A program made the position numbers and the translations under genes. The notes below the pieces were generated by a model. It saw only the letters and a list, made by a program, of their open reading frames with translations, ran no database searches and was not told the origin of the DNA. A DNA stretch of 64,000 bases. It comes from Pseudomonadota bacterium (lineage in GTDB: Bacteria; Myxococcota; JACRCW01; JAFGSX01). The stretch is taken from the NCBI GenBank assembly GCA_043821645.1, contig JBDRCO010000076.1:130965-194964 (forward strand), in the 5' to 3' direction. Positions 55,333 to 64,000 of the stretch are shown here, one piece after another (position 1 is the first letter of the stretch; the number at the start of each line of letters is the position of its first letter).

Positions 55333-57780
55333 ATGCGGATGGTGCGCTGGGCTGTGTTCCTGCTGCCCGGACTTCTGGGCTGCCCGCCCGTCGACGAGCG
55401 GCCCGATGCCTCGGTGGTGGCGTGCATGGAGCAGGCGCCTGGTGCGTGCGTCGAGGCGCCCGCTGCGCCGACCCTGCCCACCCTCGGCGACTGGACCTGC
55501 GCCGCAGGCTGGCAGGCAGTGGCGGCGTACTCCCTGGACGACGACGAGCGACGCGCCGTCCGCAGCGAGCCCCATTCCATCTGCGAGCCCGTGACTCCGC
55601 CCACCACCTGTGCGGCGGGGCAGTTGCCAGCGCTTGGGTCCGCGCTGTGCGAGGAGCTCGGCGATGGCTGCCCCGCTGACGGCTGGCCCCAGGATCTGCC
55701 GACCAGCGGGTCGATCTTGTTTGTCCAGGCCGGCGCGAGCGGTGGCGACGGCAGCAGCCGCGATCGCCCTTTCGGTACCATCGCTGCCGCGCTGGCCCAG
55801 GCCGTGAACGGCGACACCGTGGTTCTGGCCGCGGGAACCTACACCGAGGCCGTGGTGATTTCACGTGCGGTCACTTTGCGCGGTGCCTGTGCCCGCGACG
55901 TGATCCTCGAGGCGCCCTCGGCCAGCGACACGCGTGGCACCGTCGAACTCACCGGTGCCGGCGGCAGCGTGCTGCGCGATCTGACCATCACGGGGCCGCG
56001 GGTCGGCCTGTGGATCCTGAACAACAGCGACGTGGTGCGCGTGCAGGGTGTGCACGTGCGTCAGGCGCGTTCCATCGGGGTCTTCGCCTCGGACGGCGGG
56101 CACGGGCTGCTGCATCGCGTCCGCGTCGAGGACACCCAGGCCGACGATCTGGGCGAGATGGGGCGCGGCGTGCAGGTTCGCACCGCGGGGCAGCTCCGCC
56201 TCGAGCGCTGCACCGTCGAGCACAACCGCGACGTCGGCATCACCGTCTCCGGCGCCAGCTGTCGCCTCGACCTGGTCGACAGTGTGGTGCGTGACACCCA
56301 GCCTCAGACCAGCGACGGGGCCTGGGGGCTGGGCCTGGAACTGCTGAGCGGCGCCCGGGCCAGCCTCGAGCGATGCCTGCTGAGCCACAACCGCAACACC
56401 GGCATCGCGAGCGCCGACACCGGCACAGTCCTGGAGATGCTCGACGTGGTGATTCAGGACACCCAGCCGCAGCAGAACAACAACCAGTACGGCGGGGGCA
56501 TGGAGTGCGCGGCCGGCGCCACGGTACAGGGCCAGCGCGTCCTGCTGCAGCGCAATCATGCCATTGCCCTGGTCACGGGGGGACGCGGAACCACCGTCGA
56601 GCTGAGCGACCTGGTGGTTCGGCAGACCGAGGCGCGGGCCAGCGACGGAGTCTTTGGCAACGGACTCAGCTTGCAGATGGGCTCCGAGGTGACGCTGCGC
56701 CGGGCCGCCTTCGCCGGCAACCGCTTCGCCGACATCCTGGCCAGCAGCCCGGGCAGTGCCCTGACCCTCGAGGATGTCCTGCTGCGCCAGACCCAGCCGC
56801 AGCAGGTGGACGGCACGCGCGGCAGTGGCCTCGAGGTCAACTCGAGCGCCCGGGTTCAGGGTCACCGCCTGCTCATCGAGCGCACCGCGGACTCGGGCCT
56901 GCACCTGAGCAGCATGGGCACCCAGGTCGAGATCCGGGATCTGACAGTGCGCGACAGCGGCAACCTGGATCCGGCGCAGCACGGCTACGGCGTCAACGTG
57001 CAGACCGGCGCCCAGGTCCTCATCGAGCGTGCTCGCATCGAACGCCCGCGCACGATCGGGCTCAATGCCTCCAGTTCCAGTACCTCGCTGACCGTGCGCG
57101 ATCTGACCCTCGCCGACGTGCGTGCAGATCCGCTCGGCGCCTTCGGTCGCGGCCTCAACGTGCAGGAAGGTGCCTACCTGTTGCTGGAGCGCGCGCGGGT
57201 CGAGCGCGCCCGTGAGGTCGCGGTGTTTGGCGGCGGTGCCGGGACCACCCTGGACATCCGGCACCTGCAGGTTCTGGACACCCAGCCCTCGAACAGCGCG
57301 ATGGCGGAAGGGCGCGGCGTGAGCATGCAGGATGGAGCGCTGGGTTGGGTTGGACCGGCGCGCATCGACGCCAGCCGCGAGGTCGGCGCCTTTGCCATTC
57401 ACGCTGGCAGTTCCCTGACCCTGGAGCAGACCTGGATCTCCGGCACCCAGCGCGCCCTTGCCGAGCCCTTCGGTCACGGCGTCACCGCCCGTGACGGAGC
57501 GCGGCTGGATCTGCTGGGCTGCGCCGTGGTGCACAATGCCAACGTGGGTGTGGCCTACGCCAATGCCTCGGGACGCGTGATCGGCACCCGCATCGCGGAC
57601 AACGCGGTGGGGATCTTTGCCGGGGAAGGCTCGTCGATCCACGAGGTGGCCGACGCTCCCGAGCAGGTCGGGCCCCTCGAGGTTTACATCGACGAGACCA
57701 CGGCCCTGGACAGCAACCAGACGCGCGTCGGCACGGGCACGATACCGCTTCCTGACCTGCTGCTGAGCGCCCCGGATTGA
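55333..57780 (+). CDS. Right-handed parallel beta-helix lipoprotein (DUF1565-like N-terminus)
   Basis: Lipobox LLGC, GDGSSRDRPFGTIAAAL..GDTVVLAAGTY, and ~50-aa repeats containing DTQP..DG..G.GL. Confidence 0.82.
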   Translation: MRMVRWAVFLLPGLLGCPPVDERPDASVVACMEQAPGACVEAPAAPTLPTLGDWTCAAGWQAVAAYSLDDDERRAVRSEPHSICEPVTPPTTCAAGQLPALGSALCEELGDGCPADGWPQDLPTSGSILFVQAGASGGDGSSRDRPFGTIAAALAQAVNGDTVVLAAGTYTEAVVISRAVTLRGACARDVILEAPSASDTRGTVELTGAGGSVLRDLTITGPRVGLWILNNSDVVRVQGVHVRQARSIGVFASDGGHGLLHRVRVEDTQADDLGEMGRGVQVRTAGQLRLERCTVEHNRDVGITVSGASCRLDLVDSVVRDTQPQTSDGAWGLGLELLSGARASLERCLLSHNRNTGIASADTGTVLEMLDVVIQDTQPQQNNNQYGGGMECAAGATVQGQRVLLQRNHAIALVTGGRGTTVELSDLVVRQTEARASDGVFGNGLSLQMGSEVTLRRAAFAGNRFADILASSPGSALTLEDVLLRQTQPQQVDGTRGSGLEVNSSARVQGHRLLIERTADSGLHLSSMGTQVEIRDLTVRDSGNLDPAQHGYGVNVQTGAQVLIERARIERPRTIGLNASSSSTSLTVRDLTLADVRADPLGAFGRGLNVQEGAYLLLERARVERAREVAVFGGGAGTTLDIRHLQVLDTQPSNSAMAEGRGVSMQDGALGWVGPARIDASREVGAFAIHAGSSLTLEQTWISGTQRALAEPFGHGVTARDGARLDLLGCAVVHNANVGVAYANASGRVIGTRIADNAVGIFAGEGSSIHEVADAPEQVGPLEVYIDETTALDSNQTRVGTGTIPLPDLLLSAPD

Positions 57781-57932
57781 AGCACTCGCCTCTGACGCGC
57801 CGCGTCCGGAAGGGGCGGCCCCGCAGGCCATCCTCCTGTTGACCCATGACGGATGTGCAGTGGTCCGCCTATGATCCATGCCGCGGTGCATCGGATCACG
57901 TGCCGGCTGTACCCGGCGCACAGGAGTTCAAG

Positions 57933-58895
57933 ATGGCCAAGCTGTGCATCCTCGGGGGTTCGGTGGTGCTGTCCCTGGCACTGCTGGCTTGCCCGCTCGG
58001 GCTCACCAGCTCGGGCGACGACCTCGATGCTGGCGACGGCAGCGGATCCGATCGCGGATCGACGCGCCACGACAGCGGCGGCGGCAACCTCGACGCCACC
58101 GTGGCCCCCGATGTGGTGGCCGAGGAGGGCGGCTATGTGGTGAGCAGCGGCAATGGCCAGCCCGGCTCCGAGCAGACGGGCTCCCGGCCTCAGGGTGACT
58201 CGAACTCCCCCGTGTACATCGATCCCTTCAGCGGCAACACGACCTTCATCCCGGGCGGCACGAACCTCTTCAGCGGCGGCATCCAGGGAGGTCTGGCGCA
58301 AGCTCTGGTGGTGTACTTCGATCAGCTCAGCGGTTACTACCAGGTGCCGTCGGGCGGGACGGCGTTCAACTTTCACGTCACGCTGGGCCAGAACGTTCGC
58401 GCGGCCAACCTGACCCTCGTCGTCATCCCGGTCCTTGCGGTCACCGAGAGCCAGCCCATGGGTGGCTATGGCCGGCCCCTGCGCGTGCCGTGCACGGTGC
58501 AGCAAGTTGGCACCGGCGAGCTGCAGGTCAGCCTGTCCTGGTCCACCGCCACCGACGTCGACCTGCACCTGGTCGAGCCCGGCGGCCAGGACATCTACTG
58601 GGACGACATGACCTCGGCCAGCGGCGGCGAACTCGACCTCGACTCCAATCCGGGTTGCCGTATGGACAACGTGAACAACGAGAACATCACCTACGCCAAC
58701 GGCACGCCGGCCAGCGGCCACTACATCGTGCGCGTGGACTACTGGAGCGCCTGCGCCGAGTCGGGCACCACGGACTTCGTCGTCACGGTCAACATCCGGG
58801 GCACGCCCAGCGTCTACCAGGGCAGTTTTGTGGTTGGGGATGCGGACCAGGGCGACGCCAACTCCGGTATCACCATTGCCGAGTTTGATTTCTAG
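57933..58895 (+). CDS. Lipoprotein with YfaP/DUF2135-like domain
   Basis: AGGAG RBS, lipobox LLAC, LQVSLSW..DVDLHLVEP, LDLDSN and ENITY..G.Y.VRVDYW. Confidence 0.8.
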   Translation: MAKLCILGGSVVLSLALLACPLGLTSSGDDLDAGDGSGSDRGSTRHDSGGGNLDATVAPDVVAEEGGYVVSSGNGQPGSEQTGSRPQGDSNSPVYIDPFSGNTTFIPGGTNLFSGGIQGGLAQALVVYFDQLSGYYQVPSGGTAFNFHVTLGQNVRAANLTLVVIPVLAVTESQPMGGYGRPLRVPCTVQQVGTGELQVSLSWSTATDVDLHLVEPGGQDIYWDDMTSASGGELDLDSNPGCRMDNVNNENITYANGTPASGHYIVRVDYWSACAESGTTDFVVTVNIRGTPSVYQGSFVVGDADQGDANSGITIAEFDF

Positions 58896-59165
58896 CGCCC
58901 TTCTGCCTGCCAGTCTCTCCTGCTATCCCGGGTAACTGGACCTGCGCGCCGCTGCCTTGGACCGCTGAAGGAGCTGCTGGGCAAGCGCTTATCCTTAATG
59001 CAAGATGACGCAGCGGGTCTAAAAATATCTTAAAAATACCTGCTAGATGCGTGCAGCGTACCAAAATACTCTGGTGTGTGCTATTATCCTACATAGGCCT
59101 CGACCTCCGCCGCTTGCGCGCTCGGGGCCAGTCCCTACCTAGTAGGGAGCGTGAGGTGGGTCACA

Positions 59166-60365
59166 ATGGAGCCTTGCACCCGCTGCCCAGATCCGAAGCC
59201 CGAGCGTTCGACGCCCTGTGATGCGTGCGATGACGTGCACGTCAACCTGCCGCCACGGAGCCCCGACCCCATGCTGGGCCGCGTGGTGGCCGGCAAGTTT
59301 CGCATCGAGGCCATGGTCGGGCAGGGGGGAATGGGCAAGGTCTACCGGGCGACCCAGCTCTCCCTCGACAAGACCGTCGCACTCAAGCTGCTGCATGCAA
59401 GCTGCAGCGAGGACGAGCTCAAGGTCCAGCGCTTTCACCGCGAGGCGCGTGCCTCGAGTCGTTTGACCCACCCCAACGCCATCTCCATCATCGACTTCGG
59501 GCAGGATACCGATGGCACCCTGTACATGGCGATGGAGTTCGTGCGCGGGCAAACCGGCATGTCGCTGCTGCGCAGTCAGTTTCCCTTCGACGAGAAGCGC
59601 GTGGCGCGCATCGTCCAGCAGGCCTGCCACGCCTTGGCCCAGGCCCACGACCGTGGCCTCGTGCACCGCGACCTCAAGCTCGACAACATCATGATCGACG
59701 ACAGGCCGGGCCGAGAAGACTTCGTCAAGGTCCTCGACTTTGGCATTGCCAAGCTGCTGCACCCCGAGGGGCAGGACGCGCGTACTTTGACCAGTCAGGG
59801 CTTCGTCTGCGGCACGCCCGAGTACATGGCGCCAGAGCAGGTGGTCAAGGAGACCATCGATCATCGCACCGACATCTATGCCCTGGGCATCGTGATGTAT
59901 CAGCTGGTCACAGGTCAGCTTCCTTTCAAGGGGTACAACATCGTCGAGGTGGCTGCGCAGCAGGTGGCCACGCCGCCGCGGCCGCCCCAGGACGTCGCGC
60001 CGCACCTGCCCATCTCCGACGAGATGCAGAGCATCATCCTGATCTGTCTGCAGAAGAATCCCGCGCAGCGCTTCCAGTCGACCCGCGCCCTGGCCCATGC
60101 CCTCGATGCCATCGTGGCGGGTCGGGTGCACTTCCTGGGGAGCCTCGCTGCGCAGACAAGGGTGTCGACCCGGACCGTTACCGCCATCGACGACGCGGCC
60201 TCCGGTCCGGCCCTGCCGGTGCAGGACAAAGAGGATGTCGAGCTTCGCTCCGAGGAGCTCCTGTCGCCGGCGGCTGCCCGGCTGTCACCGCGCGGTTTGC
60301 TGGCGGTGAGCGTGCTCGGGAGCCTGGCGACGCTGGCGGCGTCCGGCTGGTTGTTATTCGCCTGA
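59166..60365 (+). CDS. Ser/Thr protein kinase with C-terminal membrane anchor
   Basis: VGQGGMGKVY, VALK, HRDLKLDN, DFG and GTPEYMAPE. N-terminal CxxC pairs. Confidence 0.93.
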   Translation: MEPCTRCPDPKPERSTPCDACDDVHVNLPPRSPDPMLGRVVAGKFRIEAMVGQGGMGKVYRATQLSLDKTVALKLLHASCSEDELKVQRFHREARASSRLTHPNAISIIDFGQDTDGTLYMAMEFVRGQTGMSLLRSQFPFDEKRVARIVQQACHALAQAHDRGLVHRDLKLDNIMIDDRPGREDFVKVLDFGIAKLLHPEGQDARTLTSQGFVCGTPEYMAPEQVVKETIDHRTDIYALGIVMYQLVTGQLPFKGYNIVEVAAQQVATPPRPPQDVAPHLPISDEMQSIILICLQKNPAQRFQSTRALAHALDAIVAGRVHFLGSLAAQTRVSTRTVTAIDDAASGPALPVQDKEDVELRSEELLSPAAARLSPRGLLAVSVLGSLATLAASGWLLFA

Positions 60366-60421
60366 CCACGCCTCGTCACGCAGGAGCTGCGCTGATGGCC
60401 CAGGCTGGCTATGCTCTGGGG

Positions 60422-61000
60422 ATGCGGCACCTTCACATCCTGACTTCCTTCGTTCTTGGCTCCTTGGTGGCTGCCTGTGGTCCCGCACAGGGCCCGGTGT
60501 TCAGCGCCAGCGACGGTGCCATGCCCGAGTTCTCGCTGAGCGACGTCAATCCGGCCTCGGTGCGCTACCAGCAGGCCGTGTCACCTCGCGATTATCTCGC
60601 GAAGGTTTCAGGCTGGTACTTCGGGCACGCCGGTTGAAGCTATTGCCGTGACCAGTTCGGTCACCTCGATCGCCTGCAGCAGGAACTCGACAGCACCCCC
60701 ACCGACACGCCCATCGCGCTGCTCGGGGTCAACGGGATCGATGAGGACGGCGCCAATGCCGAGATGGTCGAGGGTCGGCACCTGCCCTGGCTTCAGGATA
60801 TCCGTGACAAGCAGGTCTGGGGTTCGTGGAATGTCACCTACCGCGATGTGGTGGTCCTTGACGTCGACAACAGGCGCGTCTTCACCTACAACCTGACCTC
60901 GAACAACCTGGCAGACGACGCTGTGTATCAGGAGCTCAAGGATCTGCTGATCCGTCTGGCCAACGGCGAGGACCTGGCCGCGACGGCCGATGGTTCGTGA
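60422..61000 (+). CDS. Thioredoxin-fold (redoxin/Prx-like) lipoprotein, probable selenoprotein (UGA at 60635-60637 read as Sec; UxxC)
   Basis: Track ORFs 60395-60637 and 60764-61000 share one frame with a single TGA between them. Readthrough gives WYFGHAG-U-SYCRDQFGHL..LQQEL..IALLGVN..LPWLQD, a Trx-fold pattern. Lipobox VAAC. Confidence 0.85.
60648..60664 (+). promoter_or_regulatory. Candidate bacterial SECIS hairpin
   Basis: GTGACC-AGTTC-GGTCAC, a perfect 6-bp stem with a G-containing loop, starting 10 nt after the TGA. Confidence 0.65.
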
Positions 61001-61460
61001 GCGCGTGAAAGGCGAGGTTCCCGTGGTCGAGAAGATGAAGATCTCGCGCGAGCAGATCATCGCGTTCATGGAACACGAGGTGCGCTTCAATCGCATGCTC
61101 GGCATTCACCTGGTCAGCCTCGAGAATGGCCTGGCGATCATGGAACTGCCCTTTCAGGAGGACCTGGTGGGTGATCCCTTCCGCCCGGCCTTGCACGGCG
61201 GCGTGATCAGCACCCTCGTCGATACCTGCGGTGGTGCCGCGGTGTGGAGTGCCTGCGAGCCCGAGGACAGGGTGTCCACGGTGGACCTGCGAGTGGATTT
61301 CCTGCGGCCGGGTCCGCTCGAGACACTGCGGTGCGAGGCCACTGTGCAGCGCATGGGCAACAGGGTGGGCGTGACGGACATGAAGGTGATGGCGGTGAGC
61401 AGTCCGGCAGACCTCATCGCGACCGGACGCGGTGTGTACAATGTGCGGCGTGCGGAGTGA
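60990..61460 (+). CDS. PaaI-family hotdog thioesterase
   Basis: FNRMLGI, LHGGVISTLVDTCGG and STVDLRVDFLRP. Start may be 61023 or 61035. Confidence 0.9.
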   Translation: MVRERVKGEVPVVEKMKISREQIIAFMEHEVRFNRMLGIHLVSLENGLAIMELPFQEDLVGDPFRPALHGGVISTLVDTCGGAAVWSACEPEDRVSTVDLRVDFLRPGPLETLRCEATVQRMGNRVGVTDMKVMAVSSPADLIATGRGVYNVRRAE

Positions 61461-61592
61461 ACGTGCCCACTCTCGGAGCACTTGCTCGAACGGCTCGCAA
61501 ACACTAGGCTTTTGGCCCGCACCAAATTTCCTGGGTGCCTGATATTTATGAACGACGCGCGCCGGGGGCTCCCGGGCGCCACGAGGCACATC

Positions 61593-61826
61593 ATGACCGA
61601 TACCCAGACTGTCGAGTACGCCAACCTGTGGGCCATTCACTCCGAGAAGGAGGGCCGGCCTGCCATGTGCGGCTGGGCGCGCTCGGAAGCAGAAGCAGCC
61701 AAGGAGATGGAGCGCATGAAGAAGGCCGACCCGGAGCCGGGAACGACCTCCTACTGGGTACTGCGCATGACCCGACATGAGGTGGACCAGTTCAAGCAAA
61801 CTGGGTTCATCCCTGCGGACGCCTGA
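61593..61826 (+). CDS. Small hypothetical protein (77 aa)
   Basis: GAGG RBS before ATG 61593, typical codon usage. Confidence 0.6.
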   Translation: MTDTQTVEYANLWAIHSEKEGRPAMCGWARSEAEAAKEMERMKKADPEPGTTSYWVLRMTRHEVDQFKQTGFIPADA

Positions 61827-61877
61827 GCACCATCGACACGCGGGCCTGGCCCGCTCACTTTTAAGAAGAGGTTCCCC

Positions 61878-63464
61878 ATGCCCGTCATCCAGAAGCCAGC
61901 GCTCCGGGAGCTCGCTACCAGCCTCATCGCGCGCCACGACGCGGACCCGTCGACCAAGGTCGACACCAAGGTACTGGACCAGATCGTGTCCATCGTCGGC
62001 GACCGCTTCTTCTCCAGCTCGGCGTCGATCGCGGCCAAGCTCAAGGACGGCAACCTGATGCCCGAGGAGAAGCTGGCCCTGGCTCGCAAAGGCCTGGACG
62101 CGGGCGAGAAGGCCGACGTCAAGACCCTGCTCGAGGACGCCAAGTTCGCGACCCTGCTGGATCCAGTGTCCACCAACTTCCTCAAGGCCCTGATCGGGGC
62201 CGAGCCGCTGCGCGCCATCGACACCGTTGGCGGCACCAGCCGCGTCAACGCCGTGACCTTCGTGCCGCCGGACAGCGAGGTGGCCGCCGTGCAGAAGATG
62301 CGGCAGCTGGTGACCGGCGGTCAGCTCAAGAGCTACTACGACGCCGCCACCGGCGCCGTGGACAACCCGGCGCTCAAGGAGGAGGCCCTCAAGCTGTTCG
62401 CGGACCTGCCCAAGATCACCGTCGACACCATCGACGCCGACAAGATGGTGGCCCTGAAGCTGTGGAGCACCAAGCCGCGTGGCATCGAGGAGATGCAGAA
62501 CTCGGCGCGCTACCTGCCGGGCCGCCAGGTCGTGGTCGAGACCAACATCAACGCCGACGCCTTCGACGAGCGCGGGCTGCTCAGCTACAAGGCCGATGGG
62601 CCCAAGGGGCGCACCTACCGCGCGACCCTGGCCGGCGAGGACGGCGACAACTTCCTGGTCAAGATCGACGGCAAGGACGATCCGGTCAGCGTGCCCAAGA
62701 CCGAGATCTACAAGCTCAACCAGCCCCACAAGTTCGACGGCGACGTGGTGCGCCTGTCGGGCACCATCGACTACAACGACCCCTTCATGAAGGCCAAGAT
62801 CGCCGAGGCCGCCATCAAGATGGACAGCCTGGTGGGCAAGCTCGACTTCACCAAGATGGCCACCGACGGTAGCGGCGGCATGCTCACCGTCTTCAATCGC
62901 GGGGCCAGCGCCCAGACCATGGTCGAGCTGCAGCGCAAGTGCGTGCGCGTGACCCACGACGTCATCAACATGGTCTACCCCAACGGCAGCGCCGAGAAGC
63001 GACCGGGCTGCGCGCGCGGTGGCAATGCTGGACGGCTGGCCGTCAACGGCGCGGGTGTGTGCTACGACCAGGCCACGGTCATGCTGGGCGTGCTCAACCC
63101 CTTCCGCGAGATGCTGGGCGTCGACGTCAAGTTCATCTCCGGCGGCGTGTTCCGCAACGTGCGCGACTCCAACGACAAATCCTTCATGGGGCAGGCACAC
63201 GGCTGGCTCGAGCTGACCTACCGGCCGTCCATGGAGACCCGCATCTGCGACCGCACCTGGCAGCAGCCTGACCACACCATGGACAAGGCCTACTCGCGCT
63301 GGGGCGATCGCTATCCCTCGGGCTTCTACTGGGGTGTGAGCTCGGCGCCGGTCAAGGACAGCGACACCAACTTCTCGGGTAACGTGTCCGTGGCCACCTT
63401 CGACCGCCAGTTCGGCACCCGTGGCGTCGACGGTCGCGACAACCACATGTCCAATCACCAGTAG
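61878..63464 (+). CDS. Protein with C-terminal transglutaminase-like (Cys-His-Asp) domain, no signal peptide
   Basis: GAGVCYDQA, AHGWLE and ICDRTW. AAGAGG RBS and very strong GC3 codon bias. Confidence 0.72.
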   Translation: MPVIQKPALRELATSLIARHDADPSTKVDTKVLDQIVSIVGDRFFSSSASIAAKLKDGNLMPEEKLALARKGLDAGEKADVKTLLEDAKFATLLDPVSTNFLKALIGAEPLRAIDTVGGTSRVNAVTFVPPDSEVAAVQKMRQLVTGGQLKSYYDAATGAVDNPALKEEALKLFADLPKITVDTIDADKMVALKLWSTKPRGIEEMQNSARYLPGRQVVVETNINADAFDERGLLSYKADGPKGRTYRATLAGEDGDNFLVKIDGKDDPVSVPKTEIYKLNQPHKFDGDVVRLSGTIDYNDPFMKAKIAEAAIKMDSLVGKLDFTKMATDGSGGMLTVFNRGASAQTMVELQRKCVRVTHDVINMVYPNGSAEKRPGCARGGNAGRLAVNGAGVCYDQATVMLGVLNPFREMLGVDVKFISGGVFRNVRDSNDKSFMGQAHGWLELTYRPSMETRICDRTWQQPDHTMDKAYSRWGDRYPSGFYWGVSSAPVKDSDTNFSGNVSVATFDRQFGTRGVDGRDNHMSNHQ

Positions 63465-63572
63465 CCCGGCACGCCTCTTTCTCCCGCCAGCGTTCCGTAG
63501 CATCATCTGCTGACTCCCATCCTGGATGCGAGGCGCGATAGCTCTGAGTGGAGTCGCGCTGCGAGGTGCTTC

Positions 63573-64000
63573 ATGATCGGTCGCTGGTCGTTGGTTCTCG
63601 TCGCTGGCCTGGTTCTCGCCCCCGTCCTGCGTGCCCAGGACAGACCGCCTGCGCTTCTGGTGAAGCTCCCGGACAAACAGAGCTCGGAGCCGGTGCGCTT
63701 GCAGAAGCTGGACATCGACGCGCGCATCCATGGCTTCCTGTCCGAGACCACCCTGACCATGACCTTCTACAACCCGCACAACCGGGTGCTCGAGGGCAGC
63801 CTGGCCTTCCCGCTTCCGGATGGGGCCACCGTGAGTGGCTATGCCCTCGACGTCCATGGCGCGCTCGTCGACGGAGTTGTCGTCGAGAAGGAAAAAGCCC
63901 AGGTCGTGTTCGAGAAGGAGGTGCGCAAGGGTGTCGATCCGGGCCTCATCGAATGGACCAAGGGCAACAACTTCAGGACCCGGGTCTACCCGCTGCCTCC
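63573..64000 (+). CDS. Secreted VIT (vault protein inter-alpha-trypsin) domain protein, 3'-truncated by window edge
   Basis: Not in the ORF track because no stop falls inside the window. My translation: [72 protein letters not shown]. Confidence 0.85.
   Translation, partial: MIGRWSLVLVAGLVLAPVLRAQDRPPALLVKLPDKQSSEPVRLQKLDIDARIHGFLSETTLTMTFYNPHNRVLEGSLAFPLPDGATVSGYALDVHGALVDGVVVEKEKAQVVFEKEVRKGVDPGLIEWTKGNNFRTRVYPLP

Noticed and set aside
60395-61000. Pseudogene, or two separate small ORFs
   Set aside because: The single TGA falls precisely at the redox-motif position with a hairpin behind it and no other lesions. Sec recoding explains it better.
60936-63857. 973-aa minus-strand ORF, and similar long antisense ORFs such as 12234-14087, 18172-20217, 20027-22291 and 55861-57921
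   Set aside because: Shadow ORFs opposite well-supported GC3-biased genes (one overlaps rnpB), with no recognisable motifs.

Overview
GC-rich bacterial chromosomal DNA, most consistent with Myxococcota or a related deltaproteobacterium (three Hanks-type Ser/Thr kinases, many Cys-rich lipoproteins with Asp-rich linkers, a myxobacterial-type ECF sigma factor). It holds about 49 CDS, RNase P RNA (rnpB) and a four-tRNA cluster: Pro-TGG, Arg-TCT, His-GTG, Arg-TCG. I found no integrase, transposase or CRISPR-Cas. The strongest signal missed by the ORF track is a lipoprotein-type thioredoxin-fold gene at 60422-61000. It is split by an in-frame TGA that gives a UxxC motif and is followed by a SECIS-like hairpin, so it is a probable exported selenoprotein. 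Other leads: (1) a sphingosine-1-phosphate-lyase-like gene directly downstream of an FGGY kinase, with a ceramidase-like lipoprotein elsewhere in the window; (2) an ECF sigma / anti-sigma-zinc-finger kinase-WD40 module flanked by three beta-helix exoproteins; (3) a coiled-coil NYN nuclease gene abutting rnpB; (4) two signal-peptide-less effector-like proteins (lysozyme-like and transglutaminase-like). All family calls are by-eye motif recognition, with no database searches. Start codons were often adjusted from the ORF track using RBS and signal-peptide evidence.
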